From NCBI GenBank assembly GCA_963734495.1, contig CAVTHK010000007.1, positions 224,001 to 288,000 of the forward strand: a stretch of 64,000 nucleotides of DNA. Direction: 5' to 3'. Below, in pieces: positions 45,220 to 55,622 of the stretch (within the stretch, counting starts at the first letter, position 1; every line of letters begins with the position of its first letter). The translations under genes and the position numbers were made by a program. The notes under the pieces are model-generated. The model saw only the letters and a list, made by a program, of their open reading frames with translations, ran no database searches and was not told the origin of the DNA. This DNA comes from an uncultured Spirochaetota bacterium (GTDB lineage: Bacteria > Spirochaetota > Spirochaetia > SZUA-6 > CAVTHK01).

Positions 45220-46008
45220 ATGTTTTCTTTTCTGATCAAGAAAGCTTTCTTCGACCTCTGGGACAACCTGTTCAGGGTCATCCTGTTGAACCTGGGCTAC
45301 ATCGCGGTCGTCGGACTGGCCATTCTCGTCCCGTACGGCGTGAACTACGTCCCGTTTGTCCCGGAGTTCGTGAAGATCCTGCTCGCCATCCTGGTCCCCG
45401 TGTCCATGGTCGCCGTGTACACCGGCGGCGCCAGCCACATGTGCCGGGCCATCTCCGACTATCAGGAGCCGGGCTTCAGGGACCTGGCGGGGTACCTCAA
45501 GGAGACCTGGAAGCCCAGCCTCCTGTTCGCCGCGGTGAACACGGCGATCGTGTTCTTCCTGAGCCTCGCCATGCCGTTCTACCTGCAGATCAAGAACCTC
45601 CTCGGCCCCGTGGCGTTCGCGTTCCTGTTCTGGGTGGCCATCATCTGGGCCTTCTCCATCCAGTACTTCTTCCCCCTGCAGTCGCGCGTGAACACCGTGT
45701 TCCGCAAGAACATGCGCAAGATCTTCCTGCTGTTCTTCGACAACACGATGTTCTCGATCGGCCTCGCGATCGGGGCGATCGCGACGTTCGTGCTGTCGGG
45801 CTTTACCGCCTTCATGCTGCCCGGAATCGCCGCCGTCCTGCTGTGGCACAACGAAGGGCTCAAGCTGCGGATGTACAAGTACGACTGGCTCGAGGCGAAC
45901 CCCGGCGCGAACCGCAAGCAGGTCCCCTGGGATGCCCTCCTCGTCGAGGACAAGGAGCGGGTCGGCAAGCGGACGCTGCGGGGGATGATCTTCCCCTGGA
46001 AGGAATAG
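45220..46008 (+). CDS. Conserved membrane protein (DUF624/YesL-like)
   Basis: Multiple TM helices; TTGAAC-N18-TATAGT ends 6 nt before the ATG. Confidence 0.65.
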   Translation: MFSFLIKKAFFDLWDNLFRVILLNLGYIAVVGLAILVPYGVNYVPFVPEFVKILLAILVPVSMVAVYTGGASHMCRAISDYQEPGFRDLAGYLKETWKPSLLFAAVNTAIVFFLSLAMPFYLQIKNLLGPVAFAFLFWVAIIWAFSIQYFFPLQSRVNTVFRKNMRKIFLLFFDNTMFSIGLAIGAIATFVLSGFTAFMLPGIAAVLLWHNEGLKLRMYKYDWLEANPGANRKQVPWDALLVEDKERVGKRTLRGMIFPWKE

Positions 46009-46057
46009 GGAGCGCCGTCCGGCCGCGGCAGCGCCCTGCACGTTCAGGCGGTGCGGG

Positions 46058-46486
46058 TCAGGCGGCGGGCTGCTGGAGGCGGAGGCGCTTGCCGATCTCC
46101 ACGGCCTCGACGTCCGACTGCAGGATCTCGGAGCTCTTGAGGAACATACCCTCCTTCTCCATGGCCTGCATGAGACGGAAGAGCGCGCGCGTGGAGCCGA
46201 GGAACGTCTTGGGGACGAAGGCGAAGCACCGCTTGCCCGAGACCATCCCGGCCGAGGACAGGAACTGCGCGACCCTGTCCGAGATCTTGCCCCCGAACAT
46301 GGAGATGGGCTCGGTCCCGACGGCGATGTAGTTGTAGATCGTGAGCTTCGCGTTCGAGTCACGGCTGCCGTCGAGCACGTCCGCCTGGTGCCCGCCCTGC
46401 GCCTCGATGCCCCGCGCGACCGCGCGCGCGAGCTTCATGAGCTTGTCCCGGTTCTTCTCCGCGATGAACACAACGGCCACTCGCAT
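46058..46486 (-). CDS. Flavodoxin-like fold hypothetical protein
   Basis: Alpha/beta pattern (LARAVARGIE, YNYIAVG, GKRCFAF); FMN-phosphate loop not canonical. Confidence 0.55.
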   Translation of the reverse strand: MRVAVVFIAEKNRDKLMKLARAVARGIEAQGGHQADVLDGSRDSNAKLTIYNYIAVGTEPISMFGGKISDRVAQFLSSAGMVSGKRCFAFVPKTFLGSTRALFRLMQAMEKEGMFLKSSEILQSDVEAVEIGKRLRLQQPAA

Positions 46487-46591
46487 CGTCCACCTCTTCG
46501 CGCCGCACCTCAGCGGGCTCGCGGCTCGAGCCCGGATGCCGGCTGGTTACCTGTCGGCCCGTCCGCGCCGGCCCGGGCAGGAGCGCCCGGG

Positions 46592-47017
46592 CTAGTTGCC
46601 CTTGGGAGCCGGAGCCGCGGCAGGAGCGGGAGCCGCCTGGGCCGGCGCCTGCGCAGCCGGGGCCTGCGGCGCCGCGGGCGTCGCCGCCTGCGCGTCGGCC
46701 GGCTTGGGCGCGGTGTTCGGAGCGTACCAGTCGCTGGGCGCGTTCTGCTCGGCCTGCCGGGCCCGTGCCCGTGCCTCGACGTCGTCGGAGGACGGGCTGC
46801 GGTTCAGCCACGCCACCCCGAAGGCCGACATCAGGAATATGGCGGCCAGGATCGTCGTCGCCCGCGTGAGGATGTTGCCCGCGCGCGAGCCGAACGGCGT
46901 CCCGCTGCCGCCCCCGAACATGCCGCCGACCCCTTCGCCCTGGTCGTCCTGCAGCAGCACGAGGGCCGCGAGCAGGATCGCGCTGATCACGAAGATGATC
47001 GTCAATAGGATGACCAT
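46592..47017 (-). CDS. secG: Preprotein translocase subunit SecG
   Basis: LVLLQ..GEGVGGMFGGG..FG..NILTRAT; follows tpiA. Confidence 0.92.
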   Translation of the reverse strand: MVILLTIIFVISAILLAALVLLQDDQGEGVGGMFGGGSGTPFGSRAGNILTRATTILAAIFLMSAFGVAWLNRSPSSDDVEARARARQAEQNAPSDWYAPNTAPKPADAQAATPAAPQAPAAQAPAQAAPAPAAAPAPKGN

Positions 47018-47034
47018 GTAACCCTTCCCCTTTC

Positions 47035-47793
47035 CTAACGCGCAACCCGGGCGATGGGCAGGAACGCGTCGGCGGTGAGCGACGCTCCCCCTACGAGCGC
47101 CCCGTCGACGTCCTGCATGGACATCAGGCCCCGGATGTTGTCCGCCTTGACCGATCCGCCGTATTGGATGATCAGCTTCTCCGACGCGGAAGCGGAGTAG
47201 AGCTTCGCGACGAGGCGGCGGATCACGGCGTGGATCGCCTGCGCGTCCTGCGGCGTCGCGGTCTTGCCGGTCCCGATCGCCCAGACCGGCTCGTACGCGA
47301 TCGTTACCGACGCGAGCGACTTTTCGGCGACTCCGGCGAGCCCCTGCCGCACCTGGTCCTCGACCAGCTTTTCAGTGATGCCGCGCTCGCGCTCCTCGAG
47401 CGTCTCGCCGACGCAGAGGATCACCTCGAGCCCCTGCTCGAGCGCGAGCCGGACCTTGCGGTTGATGAGCGCATCCTGCTCGCCGTACGTGTGCCGGCGC
47501 TCCGAGTGGCCCAGGATCACGGTCCGCACGCCGACGTCCTTGAGCATCGCCGGCGACACCTCGCCCGTGTGCGCCCCCGACGTCTCGGGCCCCATGTTCT
47601 GAGCACCGAGGAGGACAGCGGTCCCCGAGACGACCCGCGCGACGCGCTCCAGCGCCGTAAACGGCGGAGCGATCATCACGCGGTTCGGGCAGCCCTTGAC
47701 GCCCTCCACCACCGCCCGGGCGAGCGCCTCGGCCTCGGCCGCGAGCTTGTTCATCTTCCAGTTGCCTGCGATATACGGTGTTCTCGATGCCAT
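47035..47793 (-). CDS. tpiA: Triosephosphate isomerase
   Basis: [36 protein letters not shown]. Confidence 0.98.
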   Translation of the reverse strand: MASRTPYIAGNWKMNKLAAEAEALARAVVEGVKGCPNRVMIAPPFTALERVARVVSGTAVLLGAQNMGPETSGAHTGEVSPAMLKDVGVRTVILGHSERRHTYGEQDALINRKVRLALEQGLEVILCVGETLEERERGITEKLVEDQVRQGLAGVAEKSLASVTIAYEPVWAIGTGKTATPQDAQAIHAVIRRLVAKLYSASASEKLIIQYGGSVKADNIRGLMSMQDVDGALVGGASLTADAFLPIARVAR

Positions 47794-47805
47794 CCCGGGT
47801 TCCCT

Positions 47806-48977
47806 TCAGTCTTTCAGTATCGCCACCCCGGGGAGCACCTTGCCCTCCAGGAATTCGAGCGACGCGCCGCCGCCGGTGGACACGTGCGTCATCTTCGCCG
47901 CCAGGCCGAACTGGTTGACGGCGGCCACGGAGTCGCCTCCGCCCACGACCGTCACGCCCTTGCAGGCGGCCACCGCCTTCGCGACGCCGTGAGTCCCCTC
48001 GGCGAAGGCCGCGAACTCGCTCACGCCGAGCGGGCCGTTCCAGACGACGGTGGCCGCCTTGGACACCCTGGCGCGGATGCGCTCGAGCGTCTTCTTGCCG
48101 ATGTCCATGCCGATCATCCCGTCCGGGATGTCGAGCCCGTCGACAGGAACCGCCTTTGCGGTCTCGGCGAACTCCGAGGCCACGAGGTGATCGACGGGAG
48201 GATGATCTCAACCTTGCCCGCCTTGGCGAGCAGGCTCTTCGCCGTGTCCAGGAACTCGTCCTCGACCAGCGACTTGCCCACTTTGTGGCCCTGCGCCTTG
48301 AGGAACGTGTAGGCCATCGCACCGCCGATGACGAGGCAGTCGACCTTGGGCAGCAGGTTCTCGAGCACGGCGATCTTGGTCGACACCTTGGCACCCCCGA
48401 TGATCGCCACAAAGGGGTGCTTGGGCTTCTCCACGACATCGCCGAGGAACTTGATCTCTTTTTCCATGAGGAAGCCGGCCACCGAAGGGAGGTAGCGCGC
48501 GATCCCCTCGGTAGAGGCGTGCGCGCGGTGAGCGGTGCCGAAGGCGTCGTTGACGTACACGTCGCCCAGCGCCGCCAGCTGCTTCGCGAAGGCCGGGTCG
48601 TTCTTCTCCTCCTCCGCGTGGAAGCGCAGATTCTCGAGCAGCAGGACCCCGCCCGGCTTGAGCTCGGAAGCCATGCGGGCGACTTCGGGGCCGATGCAGT
48701 CGGGGGCGAGCCTGACCTCGCGCCCGAGCAGCTCCTGGAAACGGGCGGCCACCGGCGCCAGGCTCTGCTCCGGGTCGCGTCCCTTGGGCCGCCCGAGGTG
48801 GCTCATGCAGATGAGCGATGCGCCGGGCTGCCCGAGGATGTAGCGGACGGTCTCCAGCGCCGCCTGGATGCGCGTGTCGTCGGTGACCTTGCCTCCCTTT
48901 AGGGGGACGTTGAAATCGACGCGCATCACGACCCGCTTGCCCTTGAGGTCGATGTCGCGAACTGTCTTCTTTGCCAT
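47806..48977 (-). CDS. pgk: Phosphoglycerate kinase (frameshift near 48190)
   Basis: [53 protein letters not shown]. Confidence 0.97.
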
Positions 48978-49144
48978 CAGGTGCCTCCTTCGCGCGGGCG
49001 CAGCGTGGTCATGGCGCGCTCGCCTGAGCTCTTGCCAGGCTCATGACACTGTCGCCTCTGTCGGCACGCGGCCATGACGCAGGCGTAGCGCAGGCGCCGA
49101 CCATCCCGTCTATCTTTCTAAATAACCGGAAAGCGCCCGCCGTG

Positions 49145-51118
49145 TCAATTCGCGGCGCCCTTTTTTGGCGCCGGAACGACGAAATCGCCGGGATTTACGA
49201 GGTCGAAGAAGGACTTGGGGCGGATGGTGCCTTCGGAGACCTTCTCGTCGACGGCCGTCACGTCGATCTCGCCAACGACGTCCTGATCGCGATAGGTCCA
49301 GCCCGGCCGCGAGGCGTCCGTGCCCAGCCCGCCCCTGCGCACGATGACGAGCTTCGCGTCCTTCGCCAGCCCGTGCCAGCTTCCCAGGTCGACGAGCGCC
49401 TGGTCGAACTCGCGGGCGACGATCGTGCCACGCAGCGGCACCAGCTCGGCGACCTGCTCGCCGAGCCTCGAGAGCGCGTCGCGCACGCGGTTGTTCCCCG
49501 TGCGAAGCTGGGACACCGAGGCCAGGCGCTCGCCGGTGCGGGTGAGGCGCAGCGCGGCCGACGCGCGCAGGCTCCGCTCCTGCTCCTCGAACGCGTACAC
49601 GACGTAGTAGTCGCTGCCGGCGGCGCGAGCCGCCGCGTGGGCCGCCTCGGCGCCGGCGACACCGAGCGGTGACTCGACGACCTGGAGGTGATCGTAGCGC
49701 TGCAGCAGGTCCCGCGAGTACTCGGCCAGCTCCGGGCCGCTGCCGTAGTGGGTCTCCCGGTTGTCGGGCGCGATCGTGAACACGGCGAGCTTGACCGGAG
49801 AGCGAGCCAGCGCGTACTGGTCGGCCACCGTGTCGCACCCTTTGAGCGTGCCCAGCCTCTCGGTCCAGCGCGATGCCGGCGTGTCCGCCAGGCTGCTGCA
49901 CCCTTCCTCGATCTGGTCGGTCACGGTCGTGTCGCGGACCCCGTAGAAATCCCGCAGGAGCACCAGCTCGTTGAGCGAGCGGATGGGAAAGCCGCGCAGG
50001 CGGTACACGTCCGCGTACGCCACCCGCGCGTCCCGCAGCTCTGGGTCCAGGCGCAGCGCGCGGCGGAGCTCGAGCAGCGCCAGCGGCAGCATGTTGCGCG
50101 CCTCGAGGCGCTGGCCCTCGCGAAAGTGATAGCGCGCGAGCTCGCGCCGGAAGCTCTCGTTGACGCGCGGATCGCGCAGGGCCAGGTTTTCGGCGGCGAT
50201 CCGGGCGGCCTCGTCTTCGGGCGCAAGCCGGATCGCCTCTGCGAAGTTCCGCAGGGCCTCGGCGGCGTCGGGAAGCCTCTCGGCCGCCACCGCGGCGAGG
50301 TACCGGGCGGCGTTGCGGACCCTGGCGTCGCTCGAGGCAAGAGCCTGCTTCGCGGCGTCGGCGGCGTCGCGCGGGCGGCCGGAGGCGAGGGCGACCTCCG
50401 CGAGGGCGACCTTCGCCTCGGCATACGCCGGCCTGATGGCCAGCGCCCGCTCGAGCGACCGGCGCGCCCCCGCCAGGTCCCCGCGATCGAGGAGGGCCCG
50501 CCCGGCGGCGAGATGGATCCGCGGGTCTTCGGAGTAGCGGTCCACGGCCCGGCGCAGGTAGGGGTCGGCGCGCTCCGGCTGCCCGAGGGCGTCGTAGGCC
50601 TGCGAGAGGTCCAGCAGCGCTTCGGCGTTGTCCGGCGCGACCGCGACCGCCTGCTCGAGCTGCAGGGCGGCCTCGCGGCGGTTCCCGTCCGCGCTCTCGA
50701 CCTCGGCGAGCGCGATCCTCGCCTGCACGTCGTTCGGCGCCTCGGCGAGCACGGAACGGAGCAGCGTCCGCGCCGCGGCCAGGTCGCCCATCGCCGCGCG
50801 GACGCGGGCCTCCAGCGACGCGAGCTCGAGGCTCCTGCGGTCGCCCCGCCGCGCCTCGGTCACCCACTTGAGCGCCTCGTCCTGCTCGCCGAGGGCGTGG
50901 AAGCTCTCAGCCAGCCCGACCATGGGCAGGACGTAGGCCGGGTTCGCCCGCAGCGAGGCCCGGTAGCTGTCTACGGCGCCCGTATAGTCCTCGGCGAGCT
51001 GCCGCGCGAGGCCTTCCTCGTAGAGCCGCACCGCCTCGCCGCCGGCGGGCGCCTGGGCGGAGGCGACCGCTGCCGCGAGGGCGAGCAGCAGCGCCGCGAC
51101 CCGCACCGACGTTCTCAC
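49145..51118 (-). CDS. Exported TPR protein with C-terminal FlgT/CsgG-like domains
   Basis: Signal peptide, many TPRs, C-terminal VDLGSWHGL..VGEIDV..V....SEG..PGD pattern. Confidence 0.75.
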   Translation of the reverse strand: MRTSVRVAALLLALAAAVASAQAPAGGEAVRLYEEGLARQLAEDYTGAVDSYRASLRANPAYVLPMVGLAESFHALGEQDEALKWVTEARRGDRRSLELASLEARVRAAMGDLAAARTLLRSVLAEAPNDVQARIALAEVESADGNRREAALQLEQAVAVAPDNAEALLDLSQAYDALGQPERADPYLRRAVDRYSEDPRIHLAAGRALLDRGDLAGARRSLERALAIRPAYAEAKVALAEVALASGRPRDAADAAKQALASSDARVRNAARYLAAVAAERLPDAAEALRNFAEAIRLAPEDEAARIAAENLALRDPRVNESFRRELARYHFREGQRLEARNMLPLALLELRRALRLDPELRDARVAYADVYRLRGFPIRSLNELVLLRDFYGVRDTTVTDQIEEGCSSLADTPASRWTERLGTLKGCDTVADQYALARSPVKLAVFTIAPDNRETHYGSGPELAEYSRDLLQRYDHLQVVESPLGVAGAEAAHAAARAAGSDYYVVYAFEEQERSLRASAALRLTRTGERLASVSQLRTGNNRVRDALSRLGEQVAELVPLRGTIVAREFDQALVDLGSWHGLAKDAKLVIVRRGGLGTDASRPGWTYRDQDVVGEIDVTAVDEKVSEGTIRPKSFFDLVNPGDFVVPAPKKGAAN

Positions 51119-51951
51119 TCGCCGTCCTCCTCGCCGGCCGGGGGCCGGTTCAGCACGACCTTGACCGTCACGATCTTGTGGCCGTCCATCTCCTGGACGA
51201 TGAAATCAACGGTCCCGTGGCTCGTCTTTTCGAACGGGATGGGGATGCGTCCGAAGAGGTCGAAGACAAAGCCGCCCAGCGTGTCGAATCCGCCCTCAGG
51301 GAGGGCGGCGCCGGTCTTCTTGTTGAACTCCTCAAGCGAGACGCGGGCGTCGCACAGGTAGACCCGCTCGCCGATTTCCTCGACCCGCTGCCGTTCGTCG
51401 TCGAACTCGTCCTGGATCTCCCCGACGATCTCCTCGAGGACGTCTTCCATGGTGACGATGCCCGAGGTGCCGCCGTATTCGTCCACGGCCACGGCGATGT
51501 GCAGCTTGCGGCGCCGGAACTCCCGCAGAAGGGAATCCACCTTCTTGCTCTCCGGCACGAAGTACGGCTTGCGCACGACCGGCGCTATGGCGCCCGCGAT
51601 CCCCTCGGCCACGACCAGGCGCAGCAGGTCCTTGGCGTGCAGGATCCCGACGATGTTGTCGATCGTGCCCTGGTACACCGGGAACCGCGAGTGGCCGCTC
51701 TCGGCTATGGCGCGCGCGAGGTCCGCGGCGGGCGTGTCGATGGGGAGGCTGATCATGTCGATCCGCGGCACCATGATCTCCTTGACCGTCGTCTGCGAGA
51801 GGTCCAGGATCCCCTGGATCATCTCCCGGCCCTCGCTGCCGACCTTCGAGAGGTCGGGCGTCGCGCCGTCATGGGACGACCCGAGCCTGCCGAAGAGCCT
51901 CTCGAGGAACCTCCCCCGCGGCGAGCGCGAGGCATCGGGCGTCCGCTTCAA
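51115..51951 (-). CDS. HlyC/CorC (TlyC-like) CBS-domain protein
   Basis: EIMVPR, HSRFPV, VDEYGG..GIVTMEDVLEEIVGEIQDE, DTLGG. Confidence 0.92.
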   Translation of the reverse strand: MKRTPDASRSPRGRFLERLFGRLGSSHDGATPDLSKVGSEGREMIQGILDLSQTTVKEIMVPRIDMISLPIDTPAADLARAIAESGHSRFPVYQGTIDNIVGILHAKDLLRLVVAEGIAGAIAPVVRKPYFVPESKKVDSLLREFRRRKLHIAVAVDEYGGTSGIVTMEDVLEEIVGEIQDEFDDERQRVEEIGERVYLCDARVSLEEFNKKTGAALPEGGFDTLGGFVFDLFGRIPIPFEKTSHGTVDFIVQEMDGHKIVTVKVVLNRPPAGEEDGE

Positions 51952-52394
51952 AACAACCTCTCCTCCAGGCGCGCCAGCAGGGCCTCCTGCAGGGAAATCA
52001 TCTCGACGGAGCCGGGGCCGTGATCCATGCCCTTGAGATGCAGAATGCCGTGCACGAGCAGCCGGCGCAGCTCCTCCTCGGCCGGAACGCCGGCCCCGGC
52101 CGCCTGCTGCTCCGCCGTCGGCAGCGAGACGACGATGTCACCGGCGGCCGCGCGGGGAGCTCCCCTCGGCACGGGCGCGCCCTCGGTCTGCGAGAACGAC
52201 AGCACGTCCGTGGGCGCGTCGATGCCGCGATAGCTGCGGTTGAGGTCGCGGACCACGTCGTCCCCGGCCAGGAGCACCGAGAGCTCCCACCCGTCGATCG
52301 CGAGGGCGTCGAGCGCGGCCCGGCAGAAGGGGCCGACGCGGGAGAGCCACCGCGGCCGGCGGACGCCGCGGCAGGTCACCTGCACGCGGTTCAT
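51948..52394 (-). CDS. ybeY: Endoribonuclease YbeY
   Basis: LNRSYRG...PTDVLSF; HGILHLKGMDH. Confidence 0.93.
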   Translation of the reverse strand: MNRVQVTCRGVRRPRWLSRVGPFCRAALDALAIDGWELSVLLAGDDVVRDLNRSYRGIDAPTDVLSFSQTEGAPVPRGAPRAAAGDIVVSLPTAEQQAAGAGVPAEEELRRLLVHGILHLKGMDHGPGSVEMISLQEALLARLEERLF

Positions 52395-54625
52395 CTCAGG
52401 GGCCCCTTGGCCTTGGGATACTCGATGCGCGAGTGGAAGCGGCCCGCCAACACCTGCACGAAGCTGCGCTTGATGACCTCGAGCTCCTGGAACTGAAGGG
52501 GGCTGCGGTTGAGCTCGCCGGAGTGGAACCGGTCGATGATGATCTGCCAGACGACCTTCTCGAGCTTCGCGGCCGTGGGGCGCCTGAGCGTCCTCGTGGC
52601 CGCCTCGACCACGTCGGCCAGCATGACGACCGCGCTTTCCTTGGAGTCGGGCCTCTCTCCCGGGTACGAATAGTCGTCGAGGGAGACCGTGCTCCCCTGC
52701 CCCGCCCGCGCGTCCTCGTCGAGGGCGCGGTGGTAGAAGTAGCTGATCAGCCCCTTGCCGTGGTGCTGCGCGATAAAGTCGATCACCTCCGCCGGGAGCC
52801 CGAGCTCGCGGCCCTTCTCGATGCCGATCTTGACGTGGCTCTTGATGATGGCCGCCGAGAGGTTCGGCTTGAGCGTGTCGTGACGGTTCGTGCCGGACTG
52901 GTTCTCGATAAAGTACTCCGCCTGGTCGACCTTCCCGATGTCGTGGTAATAGGCTCCCACCCGCGCGAGCAGCGCGTTCGCGCCGATCGCGTCGCAGGCG
53001 CTCTCCGCCAGGCTCGCGACCATGAGCGAGTGATTGTAGGTGCCCGGGGCCTGGTTGAGCATCTTCCTGAAGATCGGGGCGTTCAGGTCGGAGAGCTCCA
53101 TCAGCCTGAAGCGCGTCGGGGAGTTCAGCACGTGCTCGAGCATCGGCAGGAATCCCAGGACGAGCAGGCCCGAACCGAAGCCGTTCGCGCCGCCGGCGAC
53201 GAAAGCGGCGAAGATCTCGGGCGCCCTCACGTTGCGCAGGAGAGCCTCCGCAAGCAGGACGATGACCGAGGCGAGCGCCAGGAGGAAGCCGGCCCGCACC
53301 AGGTCGATCCTGCGCTCGGCCCGCTGTACGGCCGCGCAGCCGGCGAGGCCGGAAAGGAGGGCGAACAGGAACGAGCCCACCTCCATGTGCGCGGCGAGCA
53401 GCTGGGACAGGCTCATGATCAGGGCCAGCACGATCGCGAGCCGGGCGGACACGAGCAGCGTAGCGAGCATCGTGAAGGTCGCGGTCGGGACCATGACGGA
53501 GAGCGGCAGCCAGCCCGGCTCGTTGTTGACGCCCGCCAGCACGGAGGCGAGCACGTGGTAGATGCACACCAGGGCCACCGCCAGGAGGATCTCCTTGTCC
53601 TGCAGCCGGTCGCCGGGGAAACGCGGCCCGAATCGATAGGAGGCGATGGCCAGCAGGAACACGAGGTAGAGGGCCGTGCCGAGGATGCTGTTCAGGCTGA
53701 ACGCCAGCGCATCCTCGCCGATGGCACGCACCTTCTCGAGGACGTTCTCGGTCACCCGGTCGCCCTTGCGGGCGATGACCTGCCCCTTGACGAGGGAGCG
53801 CAGGACGGGCTTGACCTCGGCGGCCACCCTCGCCCGCTGCGCCTGCGTCTCCAACGGGTCGTACGCGCAGTTGGCCTCGGCGAAGCGGCCCACGAGCACG
53901 GCGACGAGCCTGCGCTCAGGCTCGTCCAGCGAAAGCGTCGCCGTCCGCTCGGCCAGGTGCGACCGCAGCGCCGCGAGCGTCACCACGCCGTCGGCAGGGA
54001 CCTCCTGCCTGGTCCTGCCGCCGCGCTGCAGGATGAGCGCGCCGGCGGTCGCGAGGTCCGACCGCAGTTGGTCGATCTCCTCGGTGGCGAACACGCCGTC
54101 GACCATCGTCTGCTGCAGCAGCACGGCCGCCGCGTCCAGCACCGCGGCCAGGCGCTCCTGCTTCACGAGAAGGCCGATCTCGCGGGCGTCCACCTTGCCG
54201 ATCAGGCCATCGGCCTCCAGTCGCTTCAGGATCGTCTCCGGATCCGTGTTGACCGCCGCCTCCCTCATGATCAGCGCGCGGAAGATTCCGAAGCCCCTGA
54301 GGCCGGCGGCCGTGGACGCCTCGTTCATCACGAACACGGGCGGCACCAGACGGGACCTCGCCTGGCCTTTCAGCGCGGTCGCCGAGGCGTCCACGTAGCT
54401 GACGTCCCGGTCGACGATGACGTCTTCCGGCACGACCTCCCCCAGGTCAAGGGCCATGACGCGCCTGAACAGGGATCCTCCGCCGGTGGAGAGGAACGTC
54501 GTGACGAGCATGACGACGAACGCCGCGGCGAGCGCGAGCGCGACCACGACGTGACGCCTGGCCCACTTGATGCTGATCGCCAGCGGGCCCGGGAGGACGA
54601 GGGGCCTATCGGCCGTGAGTCTCAT
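52391..54625 (-). CDS. 7TM-HD phosphohydrolase (PgpH-like c-di-AMP phosphodiesterase)
   Basis: Extracellular domain plus 7TM plus APGTYNHS, YYHDIGK, QHHG, MLAD; phoH-HD-ybeY context. Confidence 0.88.
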   Translation of the reverse strand: MRLTADRPLVLPGPLAISIKWARRHVVVALALAAAFVVMLVTTFLSTGGGSLFRRVMALDLGEVVPEDVIVDRDVSYVDASATALKGQARSRLVPPVFVMNEASTAAGLRGFGIFRALIMREAAVNTDPETILKRLEADGLIGKVDAREIGLLVKQERLAAVLDAAAVLLQQTMVDGVFATEEIDQLRSDLATAGALILQRGGRTRQEVPADGVVTLAALRSHLAERTATLSLDEPERRLVAVLVGRFAEANCAYDPLETQAQRARVAAEVKPVLRSLVKGQVIARKGDRVTENVLEKVRAIGEDALAFSLNSILGTALYLVFLLAIASYRFGPRFPGDRLQDKEILLAVALVCIYHVLASVLAGVNNEPGWLPLSVMVPTATFTMLATLLVSARLAIVLALIMSLSQLLAAHMEVGSFLFALLSGLAGCAAVQRAERRIDLVRAGFLLALASVIVLLAEALLRNVRAPEIFAAFVAGGANGFGSGLLVLGFLPMLEHVLNSPTRFRLMELSDLNAPIFRKMLNQAPGTYNHSLMVASLAESACDAIGANALLARVGAYYHDIGKVDQAEYFIENQSGTNRHDTLKPNLSAAIIKSHVKIGIEKGRELGLPAEVIDFIAQHHGKGLISYFYHRALDEDARAGQGSTVSLDDYSYPGERPDSKESAVVMLADVVEAATRTLRRPTAAKLEKVVWQIIIDRFHSGELNRSPLQFQELEVIKRSFVQVLAGRFHSRIEYPKAKGPLR

Positions 54626-55604
54626 ACGCGTGGATGATCTTCTTTACAATCGGATTGCGGACTACGTCCACTTCGTTGAAGAAGAGGAAGCGGATCGGGT
54701 CCACCGACTTCAGGATCGAAGCGACGTGGACCAGCCCCGAGTCCTGCCTCCGCGGCAGGTCGATCTGCGTGATGTCGCCCGTGATCACCGACTGCGTGCC
54801 CATGCCGATGCGGGTGAGGAACATCTTCATCTGCTCTCGACTCGTGTTCTGCGCCTCGTCGAGGATCACGATGCACTCCGCGAGGGTTCGGCCCCTCATG
54901 TAGGCGAGCGGCGCCACCTCGAGCACGCGGTTGTCCTCGAGAGACCGCACCATCTCTGCCCCGAGGAGGTGCTCCATCGCGTCGTAGAGAGGCCTCAGGT
55001 AGGGACTGATCTTCTGCCCCAGGTCTCCGGGGAGGTACCCTAAGCTTTCGCCCGCCTCCACCACCGGCCGCGTGAGGATCAGTTTTCGCTTCTGCCGCGA
55101 CAGGACCACCGAGAGGGCGTACGCGACCGCCAGGTACGTCTTGCCTGTTCCCGCCGGCCCGATCCCGAAGACCATCTCCGAGCTCTTCAACGCCTGGATG
55201 TAGGCCGCCTGGTTCGCGCTCTTCGGGAAGACCTTCCGGTTGACCCTCGGGATGAGGATTTCCGTCTCCGTGAGCGCGGTCACGGCCTCCGTCTCGCCGT
55301 TGCGCAGGGCGCCATAGAGCGCCTGGACGAGGCCCGGGCTGAGCTCCTCGCCGTGCTTGAGACGATCCTCGAGCGAGCGGATCATTGTGTTGAAGGTTCT
55401 CCAGACCGATTCATCGTCGGTCTTCAGGAATAACTCGTTGCCCCGGTAGAGGATACCGACCCCTAGCAGATCCTCCAGGACACGCAGGTTCTGGTCGTTG
55501 GCCCCGCAGATCTCGCTCAGGGCCCGATCACTCAGGACGATGGCGCCTCGACTCGTAGATCCCCCTTGGCGGAAATTGTAGCTGTTGCGCTCGCTGCGGG
55601 TCAA
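54606..55604 (-). CDS. phoH: PhoH family ATPase
   Basis: GPAGTGKT, TRPVVEAGE.LGYLPG, MRGRT, DEAQN, GDITQIDL. Start uncertain. Confidence 0.93.
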   Translation of the reverse strand: MTRSERNSYNFRQGGSTSRGAIVLSDRALSEICGANDQNLRVLEDLLGVGILYRGNELFLKTDDESVWRTFNTMIRSLEDRLKHGEELSPGLVQALYGALRNGETEAVTALTETEILIPRVNRKVFPKSANQAAYIQALKSSEMVFGIGPAGTGKTYLAVAYALSVVLSRQKRKLILTRPVVEAGESLGYLPGDLGQKISPYLRPLYDAMEHLLGAEMVRSLEDNRVLEVAPLAYMRGRTLAECIVILDEAQNTSREQMKMFLTRIGMGTQSVITGDITQIDLPRRQDSGLVHVASILKSVDPIRFLFFNEVDVVRNPIVKKIIHAYETHGR

Positions 55605-55622
55605 CCCCGCGCCGGCCCCGTT

